From: a candidate division WOR-3 bacterium
GTDB lineage: Bacteria; Hydrothermota; Hydrothermia; Hydrothermales; JAJRUZ01
Assembly: GCA_024277525.1 (NCBI GenBank)
Contig: JAJRUZ010000019.1
Span: 17-64,016, forward strand
Direction: 5' to 3'
DNA: 64,000 bases
Shown here: positions 11,796 to 21,364 of the stretch, piece after piece
Layout of the letters: each line of letters starts with the position of its first letter
Numbering within the stretch: the stretch's first letter is position 1
Program-made: the position numbers and the translations under genes
The notes under the pieces: model-generated
Seen by the model: only the letters and a program-made list of their open reading frames with translations
Database searches by the model: none
What the model was told of the DNA's origin: nothing

Positions 11796-13997
11796 TTATT
11801 TTATAAAAATTATTTTGCAAATCTTTGATCTTTTTCTTTCCAACTCAACTTTTATAAAGTATGTTCCCGGTTTAAGCCCACTGGAAGTAAAAGAGATTGC
11901 ATAAGCACCCTCTTTTTTTCTCCCTTTGAATAAAGTTTTCACCAGTCTTCCTGTAACATCAAACATACAGATTTTAGCCTCTCCTGCCTCGGGTATTGTG
12001 TAAAAAACAGTGACTTTTCCGAGTCCCGCAATAGAAGGAGCCTTTATTGATAAATTTAAATTTGCAGGCTTAGGAATTTCGATAACACTTGTCGTATTAT
12101 ATCCGAAGAAGTTGAGTATTCTCTTAGTTAATTCAGTCAGCCTTTTGCTATCAAATACATAATAACTCACATTCCCTGTTGCATCATACTCAACGGAGTC
12201 CACGAGATATTGATAATTCCAATAAAAAAGAACGAGTTTATAAGGATCTCCATAAAGAGGCCCATCATACCAATAAGCAGAGGGTGTTCCAATTTCTCTA
12301 TCCCATACTCCTTTTTCATAGAAAAAGCAAGGAAATAGGGTATCGTAAATACCATCTCCTAAATCATCCGGAAATACATAACCGGCAAAGTTATAACCCA
12401 AGAATCCATAATAAAGCAGAGAATCTCCGATTCCCCAAAGGTTAGAAATAGTATCACCGGGAAAACCGTAAAAAGCATTTACAGTATCATAGTTAGAAGA
12501 GCGAACCCCGCCTATAAAATCGTCAAGTACATTGCCCATTTTTAAATAGGTATGAAGAAAATGATTCGGATAATCATTTTTTATGTTAATTTCGGTGGTC
12601 CAGTCTCCTATACCGAAGCCCCCGACTACCAAATCTTGAGAAGAGATGAGCAATTTACCACCAGAATCAAGATAATTTTTTATATTCACCGTGTCTGAAG
12701 CGAAAATTTCTCCTTGCCAGGCAGTCCAAAAGACTGCTTTAAATTTATTCACATCAAGCACCGTTGAATCAGGTAAACCTAAGGTTTTTGTATCCCAGAA
12801 GAAAACAGAAGGCACTCCATCAGCAACACTGTCAGTATAGTCCGCCAATGTATTAAAAATTTCATAAGCATATTGAGCCCATGCGGATTGGTCTTCGTCA
12901 ATGAAGAGGAATTGGTCTTGAGGATTGTATTCAAGGATTATAAATTTCTTATATGTGGTTTCGCCTGTTACTTCACCTGAATAATCATAAGCAGAGTAGA
13001 CTCTGTAATACACGGTGTCATTCGGATTAAATGTTCCGAGTGTGAATTCCCATATCCCATCAGTTGAATCACCCGAAACAAGGACCCCGGGAATGTATTG
13101 AGGGGTAGGTGAGCTCGGAATCGCATAAACTTCAAGGGTGCATGCTCTTACTCCTTGATTCTCTGATGGGACTCCGAAAGCATCTTTAATTTGTGCTTGT
13201 ATTTTGAAAGGACCTGTTGAAAAAGTTGTATTTTTTTCTTCAACCCATACTATTGAAGGAGGAGGATCTTCATAAATCCATACAAATGCATCCATCCAGA
13301 ATCCATTAAGACTGGGACTCCAAAGATCATGGAGATAAGAAAAAAGCCAAGAATGCTCATTTCCGTAACCTGCAGTAATCAGCATATAAAGTGAATAATC
13401 TACTGCAGTCCATCCTGTCCAAAATTTTGCAGCCGTTACATTATCTATAACTCCGCTATCAGGATAAAAAACATAAGAGCTCACAGTCTGTCCGGGTATG
13501 CTTATTACAGTAGGAGAAGTTATATAAGAATAAGGTTGATAGTCAATACCCGGTATGAACCAAGTAGCAAAATATTGAAGAAAATGAGTAGAACTATCTG
13601 AATTATAACAATAAAGTCCGAAAGCAACTATGGTACATGCCGCCGGTGGTTGAAAGTAAGATGCAGCTGTATCTAATGGGTCAATACCTGTTAGATAAAT
13701 AGTCTGTGAGGGGTCGTAATTATTCCACACATTATAATATATTTCACCAGAATACCCTAATACTGTTCCCCAATCAATTCCGGGAGTGTCTGCGGGACCT
13801 AAAACTGCTGCTATACCCGCTCCCTGCCCCCATCTTTGCAGAACAGGATTATCGTAAATTAACTGCATTTTTTTCTTTATTTTCTGAAGAGGAATAAAAG
13901 AGGCTTTATTTAGAGATTTTTTGTTAAGATTCACCACGAAGAATTCCCCGGCTATTAGAACTCCAGAAAGACACATTATTAAAATTTTACGCCACAT
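11796..13997 (-). CDS. Large acidic secreted protein with T9SS/FlgD-type C-terminal domain
   Basis: Signal peptide; C-terminal MFDVTGRLVKTL...LKPGTYFIKV. Confidence 0.8.
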   Translation of the reverse strand: MWRKILIMCLSGVLIAGEFFVVNLNKKSLNKASFIPLQKIKKKMQLIYDNPVLQRWGQGAGIAAVLGPADTPGIDWGTVLGYSGEIYYNVWNNYDPSQTIYLTGIDPLDTAASYFQPPAACTIVAFGLYCYNSDSSTHFLQYFATWFIPGIDYQPYSYITSPTVISIPGQTVSSYVFYPDSGVIDNVTAAKFWTGWTAVDYSLYMLITAGYGNEHSWLFSYLHDLWSPSLNGFWMDAFVWIYEDPPPSIVWVEEKNTTFSTGPFKIQAQIKDAFGVPSENQGVRACTLEVYAIPSSPTPQYIPGVLVSGDSTDGIWEFTLGTFNPNDTVYYRVYSAYDYSGEVTGETTYKKFIILEYNPQDQFLFIDEDQSAWAQYAYEIFNTLADYTDSVADGVPSVFFWDTKTLGLPDSTVLDVNKFKAVFWTAWQGEIFASDTVNIKNYLDSGGKLLISSQDLVVGGFGIGDWTTEINIKNDYPNHFLHTYLKMGNVLDDFIGGVRSSNYDTVNAFYGFPGDTISNLWGIGDSLLYYGFLGYNFAGYVFPDDLGDGIYDTLFPCFFYEKGVWDREIGTPSAYWYDGPLYGDPYKLVLFYWNYQYLVDSVEYDATGNVSYYVFDSKRLTELTKRILNFFGYNTTSVIEIPKPANLNLSIKAPSIAGLGKVTVFYTIPEAGEAKICMFDVTGRLVKTLFKGRKKEGAYAISFTSSGLKPGTYFIKVELERKRSKICKIIFIK

Positions 13998-14019
13998 AAA
14001 AAACCTCCCTTTATTTTAT

Positions 14020-14032
14020 GGGAATCGGACCC
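14020..14032 (-). promoter_or_regulatory. T-arm-like leader hairpin upstream of the 733-aa secreted protein
   Basis: GGG-TCCGATT-CCC, 22 nt before the ATG. Confidence 0.5.
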
Positions 14033-14051
14033 TATTTATTCCCATATTTTT

Positions 14052-14128
14052 ATTTTAAAGGATTTTTTACTATTTTTCAAGAAATTTTCAAAAAAAACTT
14101 GATAGATAAGAAAAAATTTTAGTAAAAT
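14052..14128. promoter_or_regulatory. Divergent sigma70-type promoters
   Basis: Minus strand TTGAAA-N17-TAAAAT (14080..14052); plus strand TTGATA-N18-TAAAAT (14099..14128). Confidence 0.55.
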
Positions 14129-14142
14129 AAAACCTCATTTCC

Positions 14143-14155
14143 GGGTTCAATCCCT
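14143..14155 (+). promoter_or_regulatory. T-arm-like leader hairpin upstream of ald
   Basis: GGG-TTCAATC-CCT, 20 nt of A-rich SD-less spacer before the ATG. Confidence 0.55.
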
Positions 14156-14175
14156 TAAAAATACAAATTTAAAAA

Positions 14176-15285
14176 ATGGCAATATCTATCGGGATTCCGC
14201 GTGCCGAAAGGGAAGGAAAGTTATACGAAAAAAGAGTCACACTCTCTCCTTCTGCTTGCAAAGAGTTAATAGAGGCAGGAGCAAATATTTATATAGAAAG
14301 CAGAGCAGGTGAGGGAGCAGGTTTTTCTGATGAAGAATACAGGGAGAAGGGTGTTAAGGTGGTATATTCAAGAGAGGAGGTCTTTTTAAGATCTGATATA
14401 ATAGCGGGAATAAATTATCCTTATGAAAATGAATTTCCTTATCTTAAAGAAAATCATATTTTTTTCGGTTTTCTTCATCTTGCAGTAAGACCGCGTTCAC
14501 TTTATGATGTTTTTGTAGAAAAAAAAATTACTTCTATCGGGTATGAAATAATACAGGAAGAAGACGGAACTTTACCCATATTGAGGGTTTCAAGTGAAAT
14601 TGCAGGGAAGCTCGCACCTCAGATTGCAGGAAGATTACTTGAAACAGAAAGAGGAGGAATCGGAGTTTTACTCGGAGGAATACCCGGTATCCCTCCTGCA
14701 GATGTGGTAATAATAGGAGCAGGAACACTCGGAACATATGCTGCCAGGTCTTTTTTAGGGCTCGGTGCAAGTGTTTATATGCTTGATATTTCCAAAAAGA
14801 AACTCGAAAAAATTGACGAAATTTTCAAAGGAAAGGTTGTTACCGCAATGGCAACAAAGGAAAATATAGAAAAATTTGTGCAATTTGCGGATGTGCTTAT
14901 CCTTTCCATTCTTGTTCCTGGAGAAAAAACACCCAAAATTATCACAAGAAAAATGGTAAAATCGATGAGAAAGGGTTCTGTTATTATCGATTTTTCAATT
15001 GATCAAGGAGGGGCAAGTGAAACATCAAGATTGACTCCGACCGAAAGTTTTATTTATTCAGAGTACGGTGTTATTCATTTCTGTGTTCCTAATGTTCCGA
15101 CTTTTGTTGCAAGAACTGCTTCTCATGCTCTCTCGAATGCAATATTACCGTATCTTATAGAAATTGTTAAGAAAGGTATTGACGCAGTTAAAGAAAATTA
15201 TGCTTTGTGGAAAGGCTGTTACACATTTAAAGGTAAGTTTACAAAAAAACATCCCTGGTGCGAAGGCTACCCTGTTATTGAATAA
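14176..15285 (+). CDS. ald: Alanine dehydrogenase (divergent)
   Basis: EKRV, FLHLA, SEIAG, GVLLGGIPG, GAGTLG, SIDQGG, HFCVPNVP. Confidence 0.8.
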   Translation: MAISIGIPRAEREGKLYEKRVTLSPSACKELIEAGANIYIESRAGEGAGFSDEEYREKGVKVVYSREEVFLRSDIIAGINYPYENEFPYLKENHIFFGFLHLAVRPRSLYDVFVEKKITSIGYEIIQEEDGTLPILRVSSEIAGKLAPQIAGRLLETERGGIGVLLGGIPGIPPADVVIIGAGTLGTYAARSFLGLGASVYMLDISKKKLEKIDEIFKGKVVTAMATKENIEKFVQFADVLILSILVPGEKTPKIITRKMVKSMRKGSVIIDFSIDQGGASETSRLTPTESFIYSEYGVIHFCVPNVPTFVARTASHALSNAILPYLIEIVKKGIDAVKENYALWKGCYTFKGKFTKKHPWCEGYPVIE

Positions 15286-15296
15286 AGGAGGATAAA

Positions 15297-16625
15297 GTGA
15301 GCTTTATAAAAATTTACCATGAAAAAAGGAAATCTCCCGAGGAAGTGGTCTCTTATGTAAAATCAGGGGATGCTGTTTTTATCTCCGGCAATGCAGCTAC
15401 TCCTACTTTTTTGCTTGATTATTTAGCAAGAAGAAAAGACCTGGAAAATGTAAAATTGTATCACCTTTTGCAGATGGGAGATGACCCTTTCAGAAAATAC
15501 GGAACTTACGAGAAAATTATTCATAAAGCACTTTTTGTAGGACCTGCTGATAGACCTTCCGTAAATGAAGGAACTGCGGAATATATCCCATGTCATTTAC
15601 ATGAAATTCCGGGCTTAATAAATTCTGGGAAAATAAAGATAGATGTTGCAATAATACATACTTCACCGCCTGACGAGCACGGATTTTTAAGTCTTGGAGT
15701 TGAAGTAATTGCGACGAAAACAGCAATTCAAAATGCAAGGGTTATTCTTGCTCAGGTTAACAGAAGGATGCCGAGAACACTCGGAGATTGCTTTATTCAT
15801 ATTTCCCAGATAACTGCTCTCTGTGAAGTTGATGAACCCCTTTATGAACTTGAAAAGATTGAACCCACAGAGATTGAAGAAAAAATTGCAAAATATGTGG
15901 TTGAATTAATTGATGATGGAGCAACTTTACAACTCGGAATAGGAGGTATTCCTAATGCTATTTTAAAGTTCATCAAAGGCAAAAAAGACTTGGGAATTCA
16001 CACAGAGATGATATCCGACGGAATAATGGAAAGAATAATTGACGGCACAATAACCGGTGCAAAGAAAACATTGCACCCGGGAAAAGTAATCGGGACATTC
16101 ATTTTGGGCTCAAAAAGTCTCTATGATTTTGCAGATAATAATCCTATTTTTGAACTTCACCCCTGCGATTATACAAACCATCCTTTTGTAATAGCCAAAA
16201 ATGACAATATGGTAGCTGTGAATTCTGCAATTGAAATTGACTTAACCGGACAAGTATGTTCTGATTCCATAGGAACTTATATTTATTCGGGTTTCGGCGG
16301 ACAGGTTGATTTCATAAAAGGAGCGGGTTGGAGTAAAAACGGAAAACCTATAATTGCAATTCCTTCAACTGCAAAAGGAGGACAAATTTCAAAAATTGTT
16401 CCTGAACTTAAAAGGGGTGCTGGTGTTGTAACCACGAGGGCGGATGTGAAATATGTTGTCACAGAATACGGGATAGCCGACCTTTGGGGCAAATCATTGC
16501 AGGAAAGAGCAAAGGCTTTAATTGAAATTGCACATCCTGCCTTCAGAGAAGAGTTAGAAAAAGCAGCATGGCAAAGAAAATTGTTGAAGAAAACTATATA
16601 TATTCGCTGGCAGAATTCTAATTGA
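15297..16625 (+). CDS. Acetyl-CoA hydrolase/transferase family protein (4-hydroxybutyrate CoA-transferase-like)
   Basis: LQLGIGGIP, HTEM, SGFGGQVDF, VVTEYGIA. Confidence 0.9.
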   Translation: MSFIKIYHEKRKSPEEVVSYVKSGDAVFISGNAATPTFLLDYLARRKDLENVKLYHLLQMGDDPFRKYGTYEKIIHKALFVGPADRPSVNEGTAEYIPCHLHEIPGLINSGKIKIDVAIIHTSPPDEHGFLSLGVEVIATKTAIQNARVILAQVNRRMPRTLGDCFIHISQITALCEVDEPLYELEKIEPTEIEEKIAKYVVELIDDGATLQLGIGGIPNAILKFIKGKKDLGIHTEMISDGIMERIIDGTITGAKKTLHPGKVIGTFILGSKSLYDFADNNPIFELHPCDYTNHPFVIAKNDNMVAVNSAIEIDLTGQVCSDSIGTYIYSGFGGQVDFIKGAGWSKNGKPIIAIPSTAKGGQISKIVPELKRGAGVVTTRADVKYVVTEYGIADLWGKSLQERAKALIEIAHPAFREELEKAAWQRKLLKKTIYIRWQNSN

Positions 16626-16642
16626 AAAAGAGAATAAGAATT

Positions 16643-16661
16643 GGGGGACACAAAGTCCCCC
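16643..16661. terminator. GC hairpin between convergent genes, related to the 54.6-kb repeat
   Basis: GGGGGAC-ACAAA-GTCCCCC. Confidence 0.45.
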
Positions 16662-16674
16662 CTGGGAGTATATG

Positions 16675-16917
16675 CTATCTGACTATGACAACAGATTTTG
16701 TTTCTTGAAATTTATTGGTTATGAGTTTTATGAAGTATTTTCCAGGTTTCAGACCGTTCTTAAGAGTATATGTATATGTTCCTCTGTCCAGATTCGAATT
16801 AATAAATGTGACTATTCTTCGTCCCTCAGAAGTGTAAATGTTAAGTAGAACATTTGAAGCAGTGGACAATGTGAAAGAAAGCTTAATGTTTCCTCTGGAT
16901 AAGAAAGTTTTCAACAT
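16675..16917 (-). pseudogene. Orphan T9SS/FlgD-type C-terminal domain (gene remnant)
   Basis: IYTSEGRRI...LKPGKYFIKL; in-frame stop 13 codons upstream; no signal peptide. Confidence 0.6.
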
Positions 16918-17441
16918 ATAAGGATTATCTACTTCCGCTGAGGCATATTTTTCTTATAAGATTTATTACTTTATTGTAGTCCCCATTATTCCAGTAGTTT
17001 TCTGCTGTTTTTATTTTATAGAATAATTCACTTTCATCGGCATTGTTTTGTATTTTTACACTTTTTACTTTCAGCCCTTCTCCATAAGAACTCTGACAAG
17101 AAAATCACCCGATTTTTTAAAATTTTCCATTTTTAAGTAATCCCTGTTTTTTATTCTATTAAAAACTGTTCGGGCTTTTTAAAATATTTTTTACCTCTTA
17201 ATATCTTTTCTTCAGAATTAAAAACTCGTTGCTTTAATTCTTTAAATATTTCTATTGCCGTCTTAAAATAATTCTCCGACTCTTTGTATTTCCGCCCATA
17301 ACCCAAAAATTCTCGCGCAAATAAAGAAACTTGTCTTGAAATGTCTTGAGTTTAATTCTTAACAAGTTTTAAATCTTCTCTCATAAGTTCATTGTCTGAT
17401 CATAAAACCTTGCAATTTATATTAACTAACCGTCGGCTGAT

Positions 17442-19889
17442 TCAAGGAAAAGCAATTTCCTCAAAATCAGTATAATTTTTGTTCCATAAAAACATTCCCA
17501 GCCCCGCAAATCCCTTTGTCCTTAAATCCTTTGAATTCTTTACGAAAATCCCGTCAGGCATTCCGAGACCCGAAGCAAAAAGAGAGATTTTAAAAGCATC
17601 CCTTATCTGATTTTTGTCCGAATAAATTATAAATAGATTCATATTTTTATAAGAAAAAGGATAGGAAGGATAGACAAATATTAAAAGGTCATCATAAATT
17701 CCGTATTTTTTAAAAATTTTTTGAGGCAATTTTTTAATAACTTCTTTCACTTCACCCTTAAAAGAATTCTTCTGCCCTATGAATATAACATTGTATTCTG
17801 ATAACATTTTTTTATTAAATAAAGTATCAGGCAAAATTTTGACATTCATATTTCCTCTGAAAAGCAAGGAAAAGGAGAGAATCCGAGCAAGATGATAATT
17901 CCAGTTTATAATTCCTTCTGTCCCGGTTCGGAAACCGCTCCTGCTGCCTTTATCTTCTTGTGTACTGTAAATAATCAAAATTTTATTCCTCAATATATTC
18001 TTTATAAGACCGGGATTTGATGGAAATTTTGAGGGCATTTTTCTGTTGAAATTTTTAATTTTTTTCCATTTTTTGTTTTTAATGAAAACGAATTTACCCG
18101 CATTCTTCAAATCAAAATTCTGACCATCAAGATTTAAAAATATTTTCTCAATTCCTAAGGAAGCAAGGTTTAATTCAAAGACATTTATATTTTCGGTTTT
18201 AATAAAGATACTGTCTTTTTTTCTTTTAAATTTTAAAAATCCGGGATAAAAATATTTTTCGGGTTCCAGAATTTTAACATAATAAAATCTATTATTTACG
18301 CCCAGATCCGAAAAATGAAACTCAAAAGAATCTGGAACCCTCCTTTTATGTTTTTTGAAAAATTTTATTATTGTATCCGCATCAACACAATCAACTCCCT
18401 CTGTTTCTTTTATGTTCCACCAGTGCTTCATTTCGGGTACTTCCCATAGATGAACTTTAATGCCGTTTTTCTTTAAAAGATTCAGCATAAACCTCGGATG
18501 AAAGGCAGGAACGGATTCATCTTCCCTGCCCTGAACTATCAGAAAGGGAACATTTAAGGCATTTCTTACAAACCTCTGAATGTCCTCTGTATATAAAACT
18601 CTCTCCCTTATACGAATCTGTTGAGGATTTCCGAAAAGACTTATTCCTTGAAGAAAATAGGGCACGTATGTTCTGAAAGATACCCACCCTGCAGAAGGAA
18701 CAATTGCAGCAAACCTGTCCGCAAAATGAATTCCGTTAAAATAGGTTCCGTGTCCTCCCATTGAATGCCCTGTTAGATAAAACCTTTCTGTATCAACATT
18801 GAAGTTTTTCTTAACATAATCAATAACTTCCCATAAATCAAGCATTCCTAAATCCTGCCAGTCAAATCCGAAAGGTCTTCTGTTTGTGGGAGCAACAACG
18901 AACAGGGAATCCTTTTGTCTGTAAGCCCTTACCTGTCCGTATGCCTCAACACCTGCACCGTGAAGGGTAAATATGACGCCTTTTAAATAATTTCCTTTAA
19001 CCTTAGGATACCTTAAACCGAAATACTGAACAGAGGAATCTATATTTGACAAAAATGTAATTTTCAGGGGTTCATCCTTTGATTTTACTTCAAGATAAAA
19101 TTGAGCAAGAGTGTCAAAGTTTTCTCCTTCAATTCTTAAACTGAGATTTATTTTATCTCCTTTCTTTAATTTTTTTCTGAGCAAACATTTGACTTTTGAA
19201 TATTTTATTTCAAACGGCATTAAATAGTTAATCCTCCTTTCCTCTGTTTCCAGTTCACCGGCAAATGCCTTTATTTTTAAATCTTTGTATATTTTTTTTG
19301 TCGGATTTATAACCCAGAAACCTATATAAAATTCATAAATTGTATCCTCCAATATATCGGGAATTAAACTCCATCTTTTATTTTCATAAATAAACGGATA
19401 TAAAGGAGCTTTTTCGAATCTCAATCTTATTTTTCCGCCCTCTCTGCCTGTAATTATTAAAATCCTGTGCCTTCCTTTGCTTATATATAAAGGAACAGGA
19501 ACATCTTTATACTGATAAGGGTTTCCGGGATAGGGAATTGAATCTATGTAAAATTTAGATACCCTTTCGGGATAGGCAAGATAAAATCCTCCATCAAATA
19601 TTGTATCAATATAGATATAAGAGACAGTGCTAAAGCTCCATCCGTGATAGGAATATTCCCTTTCCAGTTCTTTTTCATTTATCTTTATTTCAAAATACCC
19701 TTGAGAATCAACTTTTATTTCCTTCCACAAGAGAATCCCGTTTTCTGACAAGGTTGAATAAAAGGTGTCGTTTAATGAAATTATATATTTTTCTTCCCCG
19801 GGTGGATAAAGGAAATCCCTGCCTACATCCCTCATTCCTGATTGAAAAGGACCGAGAAAATAAATTTTTGATAATAATATAAGTATCAT
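17442..19889 (-). CDS. Exported alpha/beta hydrolase (prolyl oligopeptidase/esterase-like)
   Basis: LHGAG, GHSMGG nucleophile elbow, QGREDESVP, MKHWW. Confidence 0.8.
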   Translation of the reverse strand: MILILLSKIYFLGPFQSGMRDVGRDFLYPPGEEKYIISLNDTFYSTLSENGILLWKEIKVDSQGYFEIKINEKELEREYSYHGWSFSTVSYIYIDTIFDGGFYLAYPERVSKFYIDSIPYPGNPYQYKDVPVPLYISKGRHRILIITGREGGKIRLRFEKAPLYPFIYENKRWSLIPDILEDTIYEFYIGFWVINPTKKIYKDLKIKAFAGELETEERRINYLMPFEIKYSKVKCLLRKKLKKGDKINLSLRIEGENFDTLAQFYLEVKSKDEPLKITFLSNIDSSVQYFGLRYPKVKGNYLKGVIFTLHGAGVEAYGQVRAYRQKDSLFVVAPTNRRPFGFDWQDLGMLDLWEVIDYVKKNFNVDTERFYLTGHSMGGHGTYFNGIHFADRFAAIVPSAGWVSFRTYVPYFLQGISLFGNPQQIRIRERVLYTEDIQRFVRNALNVPFLIVQGREDESVPAFHPRFMLNLLKKNGIKVHLWEVPEMKHWWNIKETEGVDCVDADTIIKFFKKHKRRVPDSFEFHFSDLGVNNRFYYVKILEPEKYFYPGFLKFKRKKDSIFIKTENINVFELNLASLGIEKIFLNLDGQNFDLKNAGKFVFIKNKKWKKIKNFNRKMPSKFPSNPGLIKNILRNKILIIYSTQEDKGSRSGFRTGTEGIINWNYHLARILSFSLLFRGNMNVKILPDTLFNKKMLSEYNVIFIGQKNSFKGEVKEVIKKLPQKIFKKYGIYDDLLIFVYPSYPFSYKNMNLFIIYSDKNQIRDAFKISLFASGLGMPDGIFVKNSKDLRTKGFAGLGMFLWNKNYTDFEEIAFP
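17921..17944 (-). repeat. GTAG-type REP palindrome, copy 4 (intragenic, 2 mismatches)
   Basis: GCAGGAGCGGTTTCCGAACCGGGA, encoding SRSGFRTG. Confidence 0.75.
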
Positions 19890-19960
19890 AACAAAAATTT
19901 TATTTTCCTTTATTATTCGAATTCAAAAAATTTCATAGTCTAATAAATTCAAAGACATTT

Positions 19961-20167
19961 TTACTCTTTATAGATCCTTTTTATTTTATAAATTTTTTCC
20001 TTAATTTTTTCCTTATAAATAAAAACATTTTCATCCATTTTATACTCCTTATCCGGTATTATAAGAGTCACTCTTATTGACCGAGAAATATCTCTTTCAC
20101 CGATACTCCTCCCCCTGCCCGCGAAAAGCATTCCTAAAAAAACCGCTAAAATTATTAATTTTTTCAT
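19961..20167 (-). CDS. Small secreted protein (68 aa), probably sigma54-dependent
   Basis: ATG at 20167 gives the signal peptide MKKLIILAVFLGMLFA; lies just downstream of a -24/-12 motif. Confidence 0.6.
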   Translation of the reverse strand: MKKLIILAVFLGMLFAGRGRSIGERDISRSIRVTLIIPDKEYKMDENVFIYKEKIKEKIYKIKRIYKE

Positions 20168-20180
20168 CCATAATAATTTC

Positions 20181-20197
20181 AGCAATTATCATTCCTG
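20181..20197 (-). promoter_or_regulatory. Sigma54 (-24/-12) promoter
   Basis: CAGGAATGATAATTGCT: GG-N10-GC with TTGC. Confidence 0.55.
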
Positions 20198-20242
20198 TTC
20201 AAAAATCTTACTGCGGTAGAGAAGTTTTTTAATAAAACAAAG

Positions 20243-20288
20243 TTGACGATATGTAAAAAAAATTTGACAATTTAAAGAAAAATTGACA
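20243..20288. promoter_or_regulatory. Putative enhancer (UAS) for an NtrC-family activator
   Basis: TTGAC(A/G) at 20243, 20264 and 20283; imperfect palindrome TGTAAA-N6-TTGACA. Confidence 0.45.
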
Positions 20289-20346
20289 AACTGATTTGAA
20301 AATTAAAAAATTATGTTATTTACACCTCCGGGGTATTGAAGAAATT

Positions 20347-21315
20347 TCAGCCCATTATTTGTTTCATCTTTTTTCTTATTATGTCCAGCCTCTTCTTTAA
20401 TTCCTCCTGTTCCATCTTTTGGCTCAGAAGCTTTTGCCTTACTTCTTCCTCTTCTTTTTTTAATCTTTCAATTTCTTCCTCAAGTTGAGTCTTCCTTTGT
20501 TCTAACTCTTTAACTATTTTTCCTATGTCCGTTTCCTCAACTTTTTTTCTCTTTTCTTGAATTTCCGCATTCAACTTTTCGATCTCTTCCTGCAATTCCC
20601 TCTTTTTATCTTCAAGTTTGCTCACATTTTCTTTTGCCTCTTTTTCTGCTTTTTTCAGCGATTCATAAGTGAGGTATCTTTTCTGCCTGGATTCCAGAGC
20701 CTCCAATTTTTTACCCACAGGAGCAAAGATTAAAACCTGCGCCAGGATAAAAGCAAAAATTATCAACCCGATTAACAGACCTACATAAGGAAAAAGATTA
20801 AAGGAAGCAGTTGTAGCAGGAGAAAAAAGGTCTTTTATCAAGTTTGCACTGACACCAACCACAAGATTTCCGACCACCTTCTCTTTTCCTGCTGCCTCAA
20901 ATTTTATAGGAGTCCTTATATAATAAAGTCCAAAATCTTCTTTATAATTTATCTGAGGAAACTTTCCCAAATTAACATCAATTCCGATTATATTTTTTAG
21001 CGGTTTTCCCTCCTCCTGCGGTTTTATGGAAGATATTATTTTACCATCCGAACCGCATATGGAAGCGTATTCAATTCCTTCAACCTTTCTTAATTCTGCA
21101 ACTATTTTCCCCAAGGTGGGTTTTTCATCCAAAATTATAGGATCAACAAGATTTTGGGCAAGAGTAAGAAGGACTCCTCCGAGTTGCTTTGACAAGAAGT
21201 AGTTGGTTTTATCAACCTTACTTGTTTTCTGGACATTCAAAAATCTCGGAGCTATCACAAAAGGAATACCAAAGATTAACAAAATAATTATCAAAAATAT
21301 TTTATATTTTCCCAT
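20347..21315 (-). CDS. Membrane protein with Cache/PDC-like periplasmic domain and long cytoplasmic coiled coil
   Basis: TM - (YASICGSDGKIISS...IRTPI...VGNLVVG) - TM - E/K-rich heptads; no output domain. Confidence 0.65.
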   Translation of the reverse strand: MGKYKIFLIIILLIFGIPFVIAPRFLNVQKTSKVDKTNYFLSKQLGGVLLTLAQNLVDPIILDEKPTLGKIVAELRKVEGIEYASICGSDGKIISSIKPQEEGKPLKNIIGIDVNLGKFPQINYKEDFGLYYIRTPIKFEAAGKEKVVGNLVVGVSANLIKDLFSPATTASFNLFPYVGLLIGLIIFAFILAQVLIFAPVGKKLEALESRQKRYLTYESLKKAEKEAKENVSKLEDKKRELQEEIEKLNAEIQEKRKKVEETDIGKIVKELEQRKTQLEEEIERLKKEEEEVRQKLLSQKMEQEELKKRLDIIRKKMKQIMG

Positions 21316-21364
21316 ATCTATAATTTTATGGAAAAAAAATTTTTAAGTCAAGTAAAATATAAAT

